64,000 bases of DNA, taken from positions 4,235,824-4,299,823 of the forward strand of contig MU054391.1 in assembly GCA_013239625.1 (NCBI GenBank). The letters run 5' to 3'. This DNA comes from Lama guanicoe. Taxonomy: Eukaryota. Below are positions 12,896 to 25,080 of the stretch, in pieces; the first letter of the stretch is position 1; every line of letters starts with the position of its first letter. Made by a program: the position numbers and the translations under genes. Under the pieces are notes generated by a model. That model did not search any database. It was given only the letters and a program-made list of their open reading frames with translations, and was not told where the DNA came from.

Positions 12896-13300
12896 GGGGG
12901 GCCCCCCCGCGCTGAGACCGCCGCTTGCGGCGGCTCCCAGAGGCCAGGCCAGGTGTTCGACGCCTGGCCTTGTCTGCTCTGAATTGCGCCTGCTGGAGGC
13001 TTTTTTAAAGGAGCGCTCGCATCATAACCCTATTATTAGTATTATCAGCACTATTATCATAATCTTGTCTCTGAAATAATTTCCGTAAAATATTTTTACG
13101 AAAGAAGGGGAGCACTTGAAAAAAAATGCTAATCCACCCGAACTGCACAAACCCCAGATGGCCTCGTATTAAGTGGGGGGAGGCGCCACAATAATGCCCG
13201 CGACCGCCATCCATTCCCCGCGGCGGCAGATGTGAAAGAGATAAAGATGCCGGCGTGCGCCGTACACGTTCAGAAAATCTTTCTGTCCGCTAAGCAGGAC
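12800..13300. promoter_or_regulatory. CpG-rich patch and adjacent putative regulatory element
   Basis: High CpG density at 12800-12965 and 13180-13270. The AT-rich core between them has the inverted repeat CGTAAAA-tat-TTTTACG (13084-13100). Confidence 0.45.
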
Positions 13301-13629
13301 AAAAGCACGGAACTGTGCCTAAAGAACATAGGTCCTGCACAGTCACATTTCCATCCTCCTTGCATATCTATGCCCCAGATGGCCCCATGTTTAATGGGAG
13401 GAGAATAATCGTCACTTGGCGAGCAATTCAGGGAAAATTACAGAAATATGGAAACTGCCCTGTGTGTCTTTATTCAATTCCCTCTCATTCCCCCAGCAGC
13501 ACGAATGAATGAAGAGAGCGGTGCATGTTTCTAGCGGAGGGTGCCGTGTTGACTTTTGAAAGTGGACATCCAAAGGGGTTAGGCTGAGACGCTCCTGCCC
13601 CACGTCGGCTCACAAACACAGGGGAATAG

Positions 13630-13810
13630 GGTGAGCCTGCTCCTTGGCTATTACACCTAAATGTGAGTTCATTAAAATATGTAGAAATTGGAGACGAGAC
13701 TTGCTTGGTTGCACTAAGCACATTTTAACTGCTCAGCAGCCACGTCTGGCCAGTGGCTGTCATATTGGACAGCACAGACATCGAGCATTTCCAGTGCTGC
13801 TCCAAACGCT
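13630..13810. mobile_element. MER33/MER3-type hAT MITE fragment
   Basis: gttgcactaagcacattttaactgctcagcagccacgtctggccagtggctgtcatattggacagcacagacatcgagcatttcca. Confidence 0.8.
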
Positions 13811-14029
13811 TAATGTACTCATTTTTTTTTTAAGGCAGTGTATCGGCACTTAGAATCATAATGTTTTCACATGTAAAAGACTTTGGACCACATGGAGCCC
13901 AATAGTCGATTTCATACAAGAGAAGAAAAACCGGCGACTTTGCTAATAAGCAAGGCTTCTCCAGAAGTGTGTTGTAGGAAACCCATCACGTCACGTGTGA
14001 GTGGACTTTGTGTGAGTATGTGCCTCATC

Positions 14030-14155
14030 CCTTAGTTGCACTTTGTAAGGCCCTCAAGGACAAAGCGGACTGTCACCCATTTGCCCATCCCTGATGTCCA
14101 ACACCATACCTAGCGCTCAGGAGAGATCCAGGGGTCGTTTGTTGATTGATTTAGA
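14030..14155 (+). mobile_element. L2 LINE 3' end
   Basis: ttgtaaggccctcaaggacaaagcggactgtc...acctagcgctcaggagagatcc...tttgttgattgatt. Confidence 0.65.
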
Positions 14156-15389
14156 AATGTGATCAGGTGGAGCATTGCAACCTAATTTATAATCCATTTA
14201 TCACAGGAATAGGGTTTTGAGAAAATGAGGCACTAGCTAGGTAGGTACTGGCAGAGTGTCTAGAGTGCCACTTATTAAGTCCCTGCCAGGCTAGGCCGGG
14301 TTTCCCAGAGCAGACATGGGCAGACTGTGAGCAGGAGCTAGACATGGGCACCCGGGCAGGGCTGGCGGCGCCTCTCACAGCCGCGGGGAGCGCGCTCTGA
14401 AGGACAGGACGCGTGTTCGGAGGACTCGGCAAGAGCAGTCGGCGTGCAGGTGCGCAGTTGGTAACGGGACTCCGGGATGTCTAGGGAAAGCAGGCCTGAT
14501 GCGGAAGGTCACCCTCAGAGGTTTAGCCCAGCAAAAACAGCTCTCATTTTTCTCAGAAAGGCAAGTTTTTAGGAGCCGCGTTCCGGTTTCTACAGTGTCT
14601 AGAGCAGGAACTTACCAGAGGAAGCCAGGACCCCGACTCAGGAGGACACCAGAGAACAAAGCAGCTTGCCTGAGGCAGGAACTCAGATCCAGCCAAAGAG
14701 GCGGGATGCGCAGGGTTTCCAGAGTGATTTAGATCAGGATTTGTCCTGTAGGACTAGCTTGACTTAAACACGAATCTGCAGTTGCATCGCCCCTGTCTAC
14801 CCACCTCCCACCTCAGCTCGGCATCAGGCAGAGCCCAAGGACCAGGAGGTAGGGGGACCACGAGCAGGGGCAGTGGAGGCTGGGGGTGGAGGGCTGGCCT
14901 GTGAGTGCCCAGGCCAGCACAGGGGAGGGAGTTCTACACTTGGGCGTAGACCTGTCACCCAAGAAGCACCAGTCTGGTATGTTTACAGCAAAATCAAATA
15001 AGGCCACCAATAAATGCTAAAAAAAAAATTGTAAAAAAAGATTTACAGGTCAAAGCCATTAAAGTAGTGAACAAGGGAAAAAGGAATTTCTGGGATTTCC
15101 TGCGAATGCTGCTAACATTCTATTTTGAATTCCACGTTGAGAGTGGAGGCCCAGGCAGTCACCATAATATTGTTGGTAGTGGCCCTCTGAGGGGTGTGAT
15201 CTGGTTTGGGGTGGGCAGAGGTCTCGCCAGAGCTGCCAGGAGATTGGTGGGCACAGAAACAAGCCAAGGACCTCACAGTCACCAAGAAATCAGGACAGAC
15301 GGCAGGGCGTGAGGTCCACTGCCGCCAGCCCAGAAATCAGAGCCCCTTCCGCCTCCTGTCTCCTCTCTATTTAAAGCAAGCAGCACTTA

Positions 15390-16260
15390 AACGTTTAAAT
15401 CGAGCTGTAAAGCCATTTCCTCAAAGAGTTAACATAATATAAACCATCATAAAAGGGGAAAGAAAAGGACCCATTTATACTCAAATTACACAGGAGTCGT
15501 TTGTCTCTATCAAGGCTCATGAGTATTTGCTCTTAAAAGCTATTTTTTCCTCCGGAACAATGGCGCAGGTGCATCGCCTTCAGTGTACAACGCATTCATC
15601 CCAGGAGGCAGGAAGGTGATTTCACACCTGTTTCTTCTTTTTATTTGCTCCTGACCTGGCTAATTTGCCCAGTGTCAGGATCAGTGTGGCCAGAGTCTGT
15701 CAGCAAGAATCCCTGCTTCGAAGCGCGGCGTCCCTGCTCTGGGAGTGGGATGGTGCGGCGGCCGCGCGCCCTGCTCTGGACGGACCCCTGTGTTTCACAC
15801 CACAAATGACATGGACCAGACTGGTAATAATAATTTAGGAGAGCTCGTGTTCAGTGAGATAGCAGAGATACAGAGAGAAAGAGGGAGGGAGGGAAAGCTG
15901 TGTTAAGTGGTGTTTGGTATAGATTACTAGCAGGGGTTGGAAGAGAGAAATATTATTCTGCGCTCTGATTGGCCAACGGTGATTTCCCGGAAGAGACATC
16001 TGACCTTCTCTTCTCGAGGAAAAGGAGAAGAAAACAAATCACAAAGCGCTGAACGCCTGCACTTTGCCGCGCATCCTGGGTCAGGAGGGAGCTTTTCACG
16101 TCTCTGCACGGTAGGATTTGTGCGGCAAACACTGGGTGATTTGCGTCAGGAGACGGCACGCCAAGTTCATGCGAAAGAACACGCTTGTGTTATGTGTGAT
16201 GGGTTCCTCTCACAGTTTCCTAATTTGCTCTGGCCACATAAACCACAAAAAAAGACTTGC
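15390..16260. promoter_or_regulatory. Putative enhancer/promoter-like block
   Basis: No repeat recognised. Contains a CCAAT box (CTGATTGGCC, 15965-15974), a perfect STAT GAS site TTCCCGGAA (15984-15992) overlapping ETS CCGGAAG, a SOX site AACAATG and a CpG cluster at 15720-15785. Confidence 0.35.
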
Positions 16261-18067
16261 TTGGCTTAACATAAAAGTTGAGAATAATGAATTATTAGAT
16301 CCATATGAATTTAAAAAAATCATACTCTACCTGTGACAAGTAGTTGACATTATTCTAATCTTCATATTTTTAGTCATGATTTTTGTAATTTTAATAATAA
16401 ACCAGTATCCTGTGAACTTGTCAGTTCCTTTTCCATTTTTTCCCATTGAAATATTTCTCTTCTTTGTTGCAGTTCACTTAAGAGCAGCCCTCGCTGTAAA
16501 CTTGTCAATTTCTTGTGCTTTGAAGGCTCACAAATTCCCTAATCAAACAAAAGGCTCTAAAGAAAACACCTGATTTTTTGAATAATGTGCACCAAATTAC
16601 TGAATATAAACTTATTTTCATATTTGATGCTGCTTATTTAAATATTTAGAATATGGTTTTAATTACCATGAAACTTTACTAAACATCCACCTGTCAGTAA
16701 AGAAACTGATTATTTTTTTTAGAGTCACATTCTCCTGAAAGGGAAACAGGTGGGACAACCTGCAGGTATTTATCCACCAACAAAAAATAGAGGATATCTG
16801 TGAAATGTGGAGGAACAAGGAAACACGAGCACGATCTTGAAAGCGCATGCCGTTGGCTTGCGAGTCCAAACCCAAAGTGCAGCAAGAGGCTCCAGGTGAG
16901 CGGAGAAGTGCGCCATTGCCTGGGACCGTGGGACTCGTCCTCTTTGGGACTTCGGGGTCAGGTGCTGGCCCCTTTTTCCCAGACTGGGTGCCCTTAGGAC
17001 GCTGTACCTGGACGGTCCATCCCCAGGACATTGTAATAATAAGATGGTGATGAGGACAGTGAAATAAGATCACCAACTGCGTAGTAGAGGGAGAATTCCA
17101 TTGGAATAGACCTGAGAGGAATCTGCTTTACTTTGTAACCCCAAACACTTAGCATGGTGGCAGGTTTAGAGAGCGCCCTCCGCAGGGGGAGGCGGGAAGT
17201 GGGGGAGAAGTGGTGTGGCAGGGCCCTAGAGCATAAAGGATGCAGCTGAAGGCTCCCAGGGCCGCTGGCACCTTCGGTGTCACCACCGTGGATGTTAGCT
17301 CTTGTGACCAATAGGGAAGGAAGTTTGAATCTACCTGTGATGTTTCAACCTAGGCTCCAGATGCCATCAGCAAAGGAAAAATAAACGAGTCAGGGCACTG
17401 GACATTCAGACGGAACCAGGCTACTCCCATCACAAGTGTGAATGTGTAGACTTCACATCTGTAATCAGTGTGGCGTGGAAAATAGTTCCTTATGGTAACT
17501 CACTAAAAAACCAGCGCCCTAGGGGTATGGCTGGGTGTTAACTTGGCTGCAGCCAAAGCTGGGTAATGTCACAGCTCGTTGCCTGTGAAGAAATTTGGTC
17601 CAGAGAACTCAGGGGTCTGTCCCAGGTAACCTGGCAACAAAAATGCCGAAACAAAGATGGCCTGTGACACCCTAATCTGGGTGTTTGCCATTTTGTGTTC
17701 AGGTTCTTCCCTTCTGCCTCTTACCTACACAGTCTTGTCTTTTAAGCCTCCTTTCAGGCCCCAACCTCTTCTATGAAGAATTCGTGCATAAATTTTCCCC
17801 TTATCAGCCCAGTCCTCAGAGCTCCCTGGTCTCCTCTTTCTCCTATGCCTAGTCAGCAGCACACACTTGGCAGTTGTCAATTGTGGAAATATGTGCAGAA
17901 AACCTCTCACAGATCAGGAACTTCCTTAAGGTTTGTCTGTCTGTCTGCCTGTCTATCTATCTATCTAATCCTTACAACAACCCTTACATGATTACTCATG
18001 CTAATATTATTTCCATTTTATAGATGTAAGAATTAAGATTTAGTAATTTTCCCCAGATGCCGATACT

Positions 18068-18450
18068 TGTTCATGGACTTTCCTTGTTTTCTGTTTAATG
18101 CCTGCAGAGTTTGTGCCCATGTCTCCTCTATCATTTCTGATGTCAGTAAATTTATGTCTTTCCTTTTCTCTTATTCATTCTTTTTTTTTTCTCTTATTCA
18201 TTCTTGCTAGAGGTTTGTCAATTTCCTTGGCCCTTTTCAAATAACAAGTTTTGGTATCACTGATTTTTCTCTATCTTTTGTTTGTTTTTAATTCCGTTGA
18301 TTTCTCCTCTTTATTATTCCCTTCCTTCTATTTTCTTAGTGTTTATTTTGTTCTTTTATTCCTAGTTTCTTGAGGTAGAAGCTTAGATCATTGACTTGAA
18401 GCCTTGCTTTCTTCTACTGCAAGTATTTAATGGTGCAATTTGCCTCTCTG
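18068..18450 (-). mobile_element. L1M ORF2 fragment
   Basis: tcttgctagaggtttgtcaatttcc...tttcaaataacaagttttggtatcactgatttttctct...ctagtttcttgaggtagaagcttagatcattgacttga is reverse L1 ORF2 (endonuclease/linker region). Confidence 0.85.
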
Positions 18451-18879
18451 CTGTGTTCAATGGGAGAGCCAGAATGGAGTGAGTCTGCTCCATCTTACCT
18501 AGAACTAGAACCCAAGAGTTTAGGTTGAAGGGAAGAATTAGATGTAGTGGAAAGATCCTGGCTTTGCAGATTGATTTTTTTTTTTTTGGAATGTGTCCAC
18601 TGTGCCTGACAAAGTGTGTGTCCTTGGAAGAGTTCTTAAGAGCCTCAGTTTCTCAATTATAGTTGTGGTAAAATTAGATGGAAGTCTTATTTCTGGTGCT
18701 TCCCTGAGAATCTGTTTAAGATAATGCAGAATGTCTATGTTATCTGTGTCGTGGTGCTTGCCATACTTCAGATCGCTGAGTCGTGGCCATTCATCCACAC
18801 CAACCTAGCTCACAAGCAACCCGGCAGCTTTGCCCCTGGCGGTTGGCCTCTGCTACTTGCCACTTCTTTAATACCCATG

Positions 18880-19100
18880 TCTAGTCAGCATCTATTAATC
18901 CCCTACTCCATGCCAGGCAGTGTGCTAAATATTTCCCCACATGTTGGTTAAAGATTCTTGTGGAAGAAGCCACTATCACCCACCTTCCTAGAAATAAAGA
19001 AAGGCAAGTCCTTGTCAAAGCCACACAATTGTACAACGCAAAGCCGAGATTCAAACCCATGGTAACTTGACTCTAATCCCCAGCTTCCCCCAAAATTCTG
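18880..19100 (-). mobile_element. MIR SINE
   Basis: ctactccatgccaggcagtgtgctaaat...cttgtcaaagccacacaa...agccgagattcaaacccatgg. Confidence 0.7.
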
Positions 19101-19888
19101 CAGCTACTCCTGATTTCTTACACTTTGTCAGCCTGGATTTCTTCCCATCAGCTCCTCCATGTCCTTTAATAGCTTGAAGGTCTCCATACATGTCTTGCTG
19201 ATTCTGTTTGAAAGTTCATCTGCCTTTCTTGCTTCAGCTTTGGTTCTGGGGTCCTAATGGCCCACCCGTTCCAAGCAGCAATGTGTCCTCCAACACCAGG
19301 ATATTGGCAGGGCACAGGGAAGTCAAGGTAGTGCCCAATTAAACACATCACTCACTAGCTAGGGGAACATATTTTTTTAAATTCCCCAATGCAAACTACT
19401 TTCAACTTATTAAAGTAGGGATTTATATTCATAGCTGAATAGAGAATTATTTCTTACTGACTATTACCATTTCAATCTCCAGTCAAGGGCAAACCTGATT
19501 TTTTCCGAAACATAAAGTCAATTCCTATAATTCCTATATGAACTGCGAGTCCATCGTAGATACAAATCCTTCATCATGATGGTTTTCGGAGTAATGAGTC
19601 TATAAGCCCCTTGACTCCCCTTCTCCTCAAAGTCTTTCTAAACCAAGGTGGATTTAGGAATTAATGCCTCAAGCCTCCCATTGCCATCTCATTTCCACCT
19701 TGGCCACCCAAGCATGTTCTTTACCTCTTTGAAGTCAAGCTGTCGCAACGTAGAAGAGATTAGTAGAACCAGGGAAAGCTGAGAGCTATTTCCATTTGAA
19801 CCAGAAACAAGCATAGAGAGGGGGGATCCAGAGGTTGGGAATGGGATGTGGGGATGAGGTTAGCACTAGAGACAGAAGGGTAGGACAA

Positions 19889-20442
19889 TGTGACAGTTCA
19901 TTTTAGTGTCAGCATTCAGAGTACCCAGACATTTGGTCAAACATTATTTTGGGTGTGCCTGTGAGGGTGTTTCTCGATGAGACTAACATCTGAGTCATCA
20001 GACTGAGGAAAGCAGATAGCCCTCCCTTGTGTGGCTGGGCCTCATCCCGTTAACTGAAGACAATCCAATTAATTGAAGGCACAAATAGAATAAGAAGGTT
20101 GAGGGAGAAGGAAACTCTGTGTGCTTCTCACTGGTCTTCTCCTGCCTTCAGACTAGGGCTACACCATCGACTCTCCTGCTTCTCAGGGTTTCAGATTCAT
20201 TGAAATCGCACCATTGCCTCGCCTGGGGCCAGACCTCTGGATGGAACTTGCACCATCAGCCACCCTGGTTCTCTGACCCTCAGACTTGAACTGGCGCTTG
20301 CACCACGGGGTCCCCTGGGTCTTCACGCTGTTAACTGCAGCTCTTGGAGCGTCTCAGCCTCCATGATATAAGCCAGTTCCTTATATTATTCTCTCTCTCT
20401 CTCTCGTTGATTCTCTTTCTCTGGAGCACGCTGGCTAATACA
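19889..20442 (+). mobile_element. ERVL MLT2 (B/D-type) solo LTR
   Basis: TG...CA termini and cccagacatttggtcaaacattattttgggtgtgcctgtgagggtgtttctcgatgag. Ends ctggagcacgctggctaataca. The flanking 5-mers gacaa and gacag look like a decayed TSD. Confidence 0.9.
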
Positions 20443-22189
20443 GACAGGAACTGTTATAGATTAAAGGATGCCTCACAGATAAGAATCAAGGGAATTAAAG
20501 GGAATTAACTGAAATCTAGGTTCCCTATTCATTAACTAGCAGTATGCCTTATAGCAAGTCACTCACCCTCTCTGCTGAGGGTTGAGATTAGATGACCCTA
20601 GGGTTATTTATGGTCATTACATCCCAAGCTGTTCGAAAAATAGCATGGCTTCACACTAGCAAAAGCAGTAAAGGGTCCATCTTCCCACAGGGATTATGAT
20701 GCACACGTTAAATTGAATATTGGTTATTGAGCATCTAGGTCATTGTTATAAATAATGCTTAGGTTCTCAGAACAGTCCACTAAGCTTTATTGACCTATGA
20801 TGAGCTTGGACTGGTATACGATCTAGGTCCTGGGGAAGAAAGGGAGGGGAGCAAACAAATTTCCTCAAATGTTGCTGAGCAGGGGGTACCCTCCTGCCTA
20901 CCACTATGAACCCTCTTCTTCATGGCCTCACTTCCTATGACGCTCTGGGTTTTAAGATCACCATCCCAACTCATTCTCCCTCAAATAGCCCCTCAGCCTC
21001 GTTTTATCCTGCTAAGCAGGAGAAGAAAATAGTAATAATAAAAAAATTTACTAGTGATTTATTACTAATAAAAAAATAAGTGACTAGTAGATCGTAATCT
21101 TACTCTTCTGCTGTGTTTGCCTTTTAAAGATGATAGCACTGGCTTAATATTTAATGAGATCCCAGCTTCGTATGAAAAATAAATAGAGTTTTTTCTTCTT
21201 TGGGAGGAAGACTGGAGAAAAGATGCCAAAAGGAACGTGATTTTGTTATGATGCTGGGTTACGGTTTCTCCCCTTTAAAAAATATACTGGAATGTTTTAT
21301 ATTATCTTTTCCAGAATATTTAAATACTACTTCAATGCTTTTTAAGTAATGTTAAAATAAATTTAGTGTAAAAACATGTTTCCTTTCTAAGGGGAAACTG
21401 CTTTGAATAGTTTCTTGCTAAGAACTGTCTTAATAAGACAGAATATAAAAAGTTTTTCGTAAAAATCCCTCCAAAGGCTAACCCATTTCAACAACCTAGC
21501 CCCTCAAGCATGTCTTCTTTGCCATGAATTTTTTTAAAAACCGAGAGAAAACGGTGTTGACATACTTCATAAATCATCATTTCAGCTTTCCAGCATTATC
21601 TCAGAAATTTAGGTTCAGCTCATGGAAATGAAGCCACAGGCTTATCTGAACAAGACTCAATTATTATAATAACTGTCTGAGGTGTCCCTCAGCTGTATAG
21701 TTTGGGGTGCTAGCCGTCAAAATGAATGTCAGCAGCTCACCATCTTTTTAGCGATGAATGAGGTGATTGTATATATTTTGTATTCAATCAGAGTCATTTT
21801 TTGCCTTTTATGTATTTCTAAAATACGTATCTCACTATTATTTTAGTAGTAAAAATCTATAATCAACAATATCATTGGATTTTCCTCTTACTTTAACTTT
21901 TGCATATTAAATCTATATTAGTAACATTTACGACTAACCATTCTACCACCCACTGTATGTATGTATGATCCAAATGAATGCTAGTAAAATATCTATTTGC
22001 TTTTCACAAAAAAGTGAGTGTTTCTGTCATGACGAGATCCAGGTTTTAACACACATGTGCTTCTGCTAGAATGAAAACGCAGCTGAGAAAAAGGAATCCA
22101 GCATATTGTCTCATTTTCCTTACACATATGTACTCCAGCAGCCCAGAGGTCTAAGAAAACAGTCAGTAGATAGATGCATTGGGAAATAA

Positions 22190-22455
22190 TAATAATAATA
22201 ATAATAGTAACATTAACAATAATAATGGTAAATGCATGGTGTTTGCTACATCTCATGCGCTGTTCTAAATGCGTTATGTATTTTAACTCTTTTTATCCTT
22301 ATAATGGCCCTATAAGATAGGTCGTGATTTAGCCCCATTTTATGGATGAGGAAAGCGAAGTTTAAGAAATTTGTCCTAGGTTGACAAGTAGTGAATAAGT
22401 AAGAGATCGGTCTCCCTGTTTTGAACCCCACACCGCCCTCAGCCCCGCGTGATGC
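22190..22455 (-). mobile_element. MIR SINE, near full length, with (AAT)n tail
   Basis: ccccattttatggatgaggaaagcgaagtttaagaaatttgtcctagg; (AAT)n at about 22188-22227. Confidence 0.85.
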
Positions 22456-22499
22456 CTCACACGCTCCGGTTTCGAAACTTGGCATATGTTTTGTGAATG

Positions 22500-23400
22500 A
22501 GCTTTTGTTCTCTTCGTGAAGGCACCTTGAGCATGCCTCTGATTTCTTTGATTTAGAAAGCAGAATAAAATGGGTTCTTTATAAAAGTCGTTTAGACGCG
22601 GATTTACACGAGAACGTTTTATCTAAACTATCCATAAACGTTTCCCTGTTTCAGTGGCACGGGGTGCCACCCCAGTATCCTAGTTGCCAATGTCAAGGTA
22701 AATCCAAAAGGTGGTTTGAGATTTCTGATTATTGTTGATAATATGTTGTCTGATTATTTATATCCATCCCTCGACCCTTGGTGTGGGCGTCAATGTAAGA
22801 TGTGGCATCACAATTACAGACTTTTTACAGCAAATAAAATAATTTGGTCGATGCAGATCATCCCCTGTGAAGCCGTTTATAAAAGGTATTTCACTGTGTG
22901 CCTTGTGAGACAGATATTTTATGGATGGATATAAAATTCACAGGCCTGCGAAGCAAAATGGCTACAAGTGATTTGATAAATGCTGCCGTTTTACTTGGGG
23001 AAATATTTGTGTCGCTGTACCCCACTGACAGCAGAATGCTGGTCCAGAAAGACACACGCTCCGGTCACAAAACAATTCACAGCAAAATTAATACAACTTC
23101 AGAAGGAACTTGAAAGAAAAGTGAGGACCACCACCTTCTCAGCGGGAGAGTTACTAATCCAAAACAGAGACAAAAACCCCAATTAAATGCCAAATCAAAC
23201 CAGTTCTTTTTTTTTTTTTAAAGGAGAGATTTTTTTTCAGCCTTGCAGTAATTTGCTTATTCTTAGACACAAAAGAAAGGGACTGGCAGAGTGTGAGAGC
23301 CCTGCAGACAAACAGCCCCAAACTTCCATCTTCCATTCAGCAATGTGAACCAAGGTTTTTTATTTAGTTAACAAATAGGTATAGTTTTCTTAAACTCCCG
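22500..23400. promoter_or_regulatory. Putative conserved non-coding element / developmental enhancer
   Basis: About 900 bp with no recognisable repeat. Dense TTTAT/TTTATGG/CCATAAA (HOX/CDX), TGAT (PBX-like) and TGACAG (MEIS) motifs. Conservation was not tested. Confidence 0.4.
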
Positions 23401-24285
23401 GTGGCTGCAAGGGAGACAACACTGTAAATGCTTTCTTGTGGCGTCCTTGCCTGGAATCCTCTCCCGGCCCATCGGATTCTTGTCCAGACACCCCCCTGGC
23501 AGTTGTCACCCTCCAGATTTGCAGAGATGAGCTCAGGGTCTGTGCCATCAATGCAAGCTGCAAGAACGCTCATTTCTGTGGAGGAAGACAGGAAGATGAC
23601 ATGTTTCTTTTGTTGATGTTTTGTATTTTGTTTATCCAGGGCAAGACAACTCACTTGGTGGACATAACAGGCAATCTGGCCTCCGCGTGGACGATCCAGA
23701 TGGCTGCTGGTCGCTGAGAGGGGTTGCCACCGGCAGACTCAATCCAGCTTTTATTACCGGTGACCTTCTCCCCACGGCCTGCAAGCCACATGTTCCTGTC
23801 TAAGAAACTCTGTGTTTTGAGCATAATGCGTGTTTTTAAATTTCTAACGAACATCGATACCACTGTTCGTTTTAAAAGTATGTGCCATTTGGGGAGATGC
23901 TGAATGGAAGACAGTGAAATAGTGTCCCTTTTCGACATCTTCTTAAAGCAAATTGCTCACCAACCTTGAAGCATGTATATTAAGAATGTTGATATTAATG
24001 CATTAATTAACAGAGGTGTTAGTTAGTACAGAGCTAATCCCAGCTCTGAGCTGACACTCTGCCTGCCTGATACCAGTTCCCTTCTCTGGATCTCACTTCT
24101 CTCTGGAGGTAAATCATCTCAGGTTCCTTCCAGCTTTGACAGAAAATGATCAGTTTAATCAAGTTAAGTCTGATGCAATTCAACTCACTGCATTTTGAAA
24201 GTGTATCTACACCATGTTAGAAACCGATGGGTCCGTGGCCCACGTTCTGCTTTATTTGCTTAATTGTGTTGTTTCATCTTGACGC

Positions 24286-24792
24286 TGTGGGGCTTCAGAA
24301 CCCCCCCCCCAATATGTGCTGCTCTGGCATGTGGATTATTTTGAACTAAAGGCAATCAAGACGCCGTGGGCTCAAGAGGAACTACTGCTTCTCTCTTAAC
24401 TACCTAGAAAAATTTAAATTGGGGATTTTTTCCCAGAAACAATAGTCATCACCATAATTCTTAGAATGCATTTTATCTAAGTGGCCACACCTGCCTGGCA
24501 GGGCAAACTTCTAATCACAGAGCATCTTCTCTTTTTCTTACTGTCCTGTGAATGACCTTCCTGTCCCTGGAAGCCCCCGGCCCATCCCATTCCTTAGCTC
24601 AGGATGGTGTGTGTGCCGCATTTTATCTTTCTGTCTCTGGACCTCTCATGTGTGTGGGGGCTGTGGGAGGGGTTCCTGTACGTATGAAATTCAATCTGAT
24701 TTTCTCCTGTTAATCTGTTTCATGTTCATTCAATTACTAGACCAGCCAAAAGAGCCTTTGACAGGTACAGAAAAGCTTTCTTCCTCCCCAGA
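24286..24792 (+). mobile_element. ERV1-class solo LTR, MER34-like
   Basis: Starts tgtggggcttcagaacccccccccaatatgtgctgctctggcatgtggattattttgaactaaaggcaatcaaga and ends ttttctcctgttaatctgttt...agaaaagctttcttcctcccca. Confidence 0.8.
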
Positions 24793-25031
24793 AGTAGTAA
24801 GCTCAGTTTTTAAAAAGAAGATACTGTCAAAGACGAGGCCTTGAAATAGCACAGATCATCTGAAGCAGTAATTAGACGACACCGTCAACACAGCTGAGGG
24901 CTGGCCCTCGAAGCAAGACCAGAGCCACATCTGGAGGCAAAATGCTGGATCCCAGCAGGACACACTGGCTCGAACACGGGGTGGGACATGGGAGGGGAGC
25001 CAGAATGCTGGCCCTTACTGCCGGGAGTCCG

Positions 25032-25080
25032 TGCATATGTTATATTTGTCAATTATTCCTCAATAAAGTTGAAAAAAAAA
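25032..25080 (+). mobile_element. Tiny L1 3'-terminal fragment with polyA
   Basis: tatatttgtcaattattcctcaataaagttgaaaaaaaaa. Confidence 0.6.

Noticed and set aside
17172..17190. CTCF-like site (reverse strand CCTGCGGAGGGCGC)
   Set aside because: It has two mismatches at informative core positions and cannot be supported without a PWM score or ChIP data.
20125..20340. Repeated cagact...caccat...cctg units resembling a spaced repeat array
   Set aside because: These are internal subrepeats of the MLT2 LTR, also seen in the copy at about 61.8-61.9 kb. They are not CRISPR-like.
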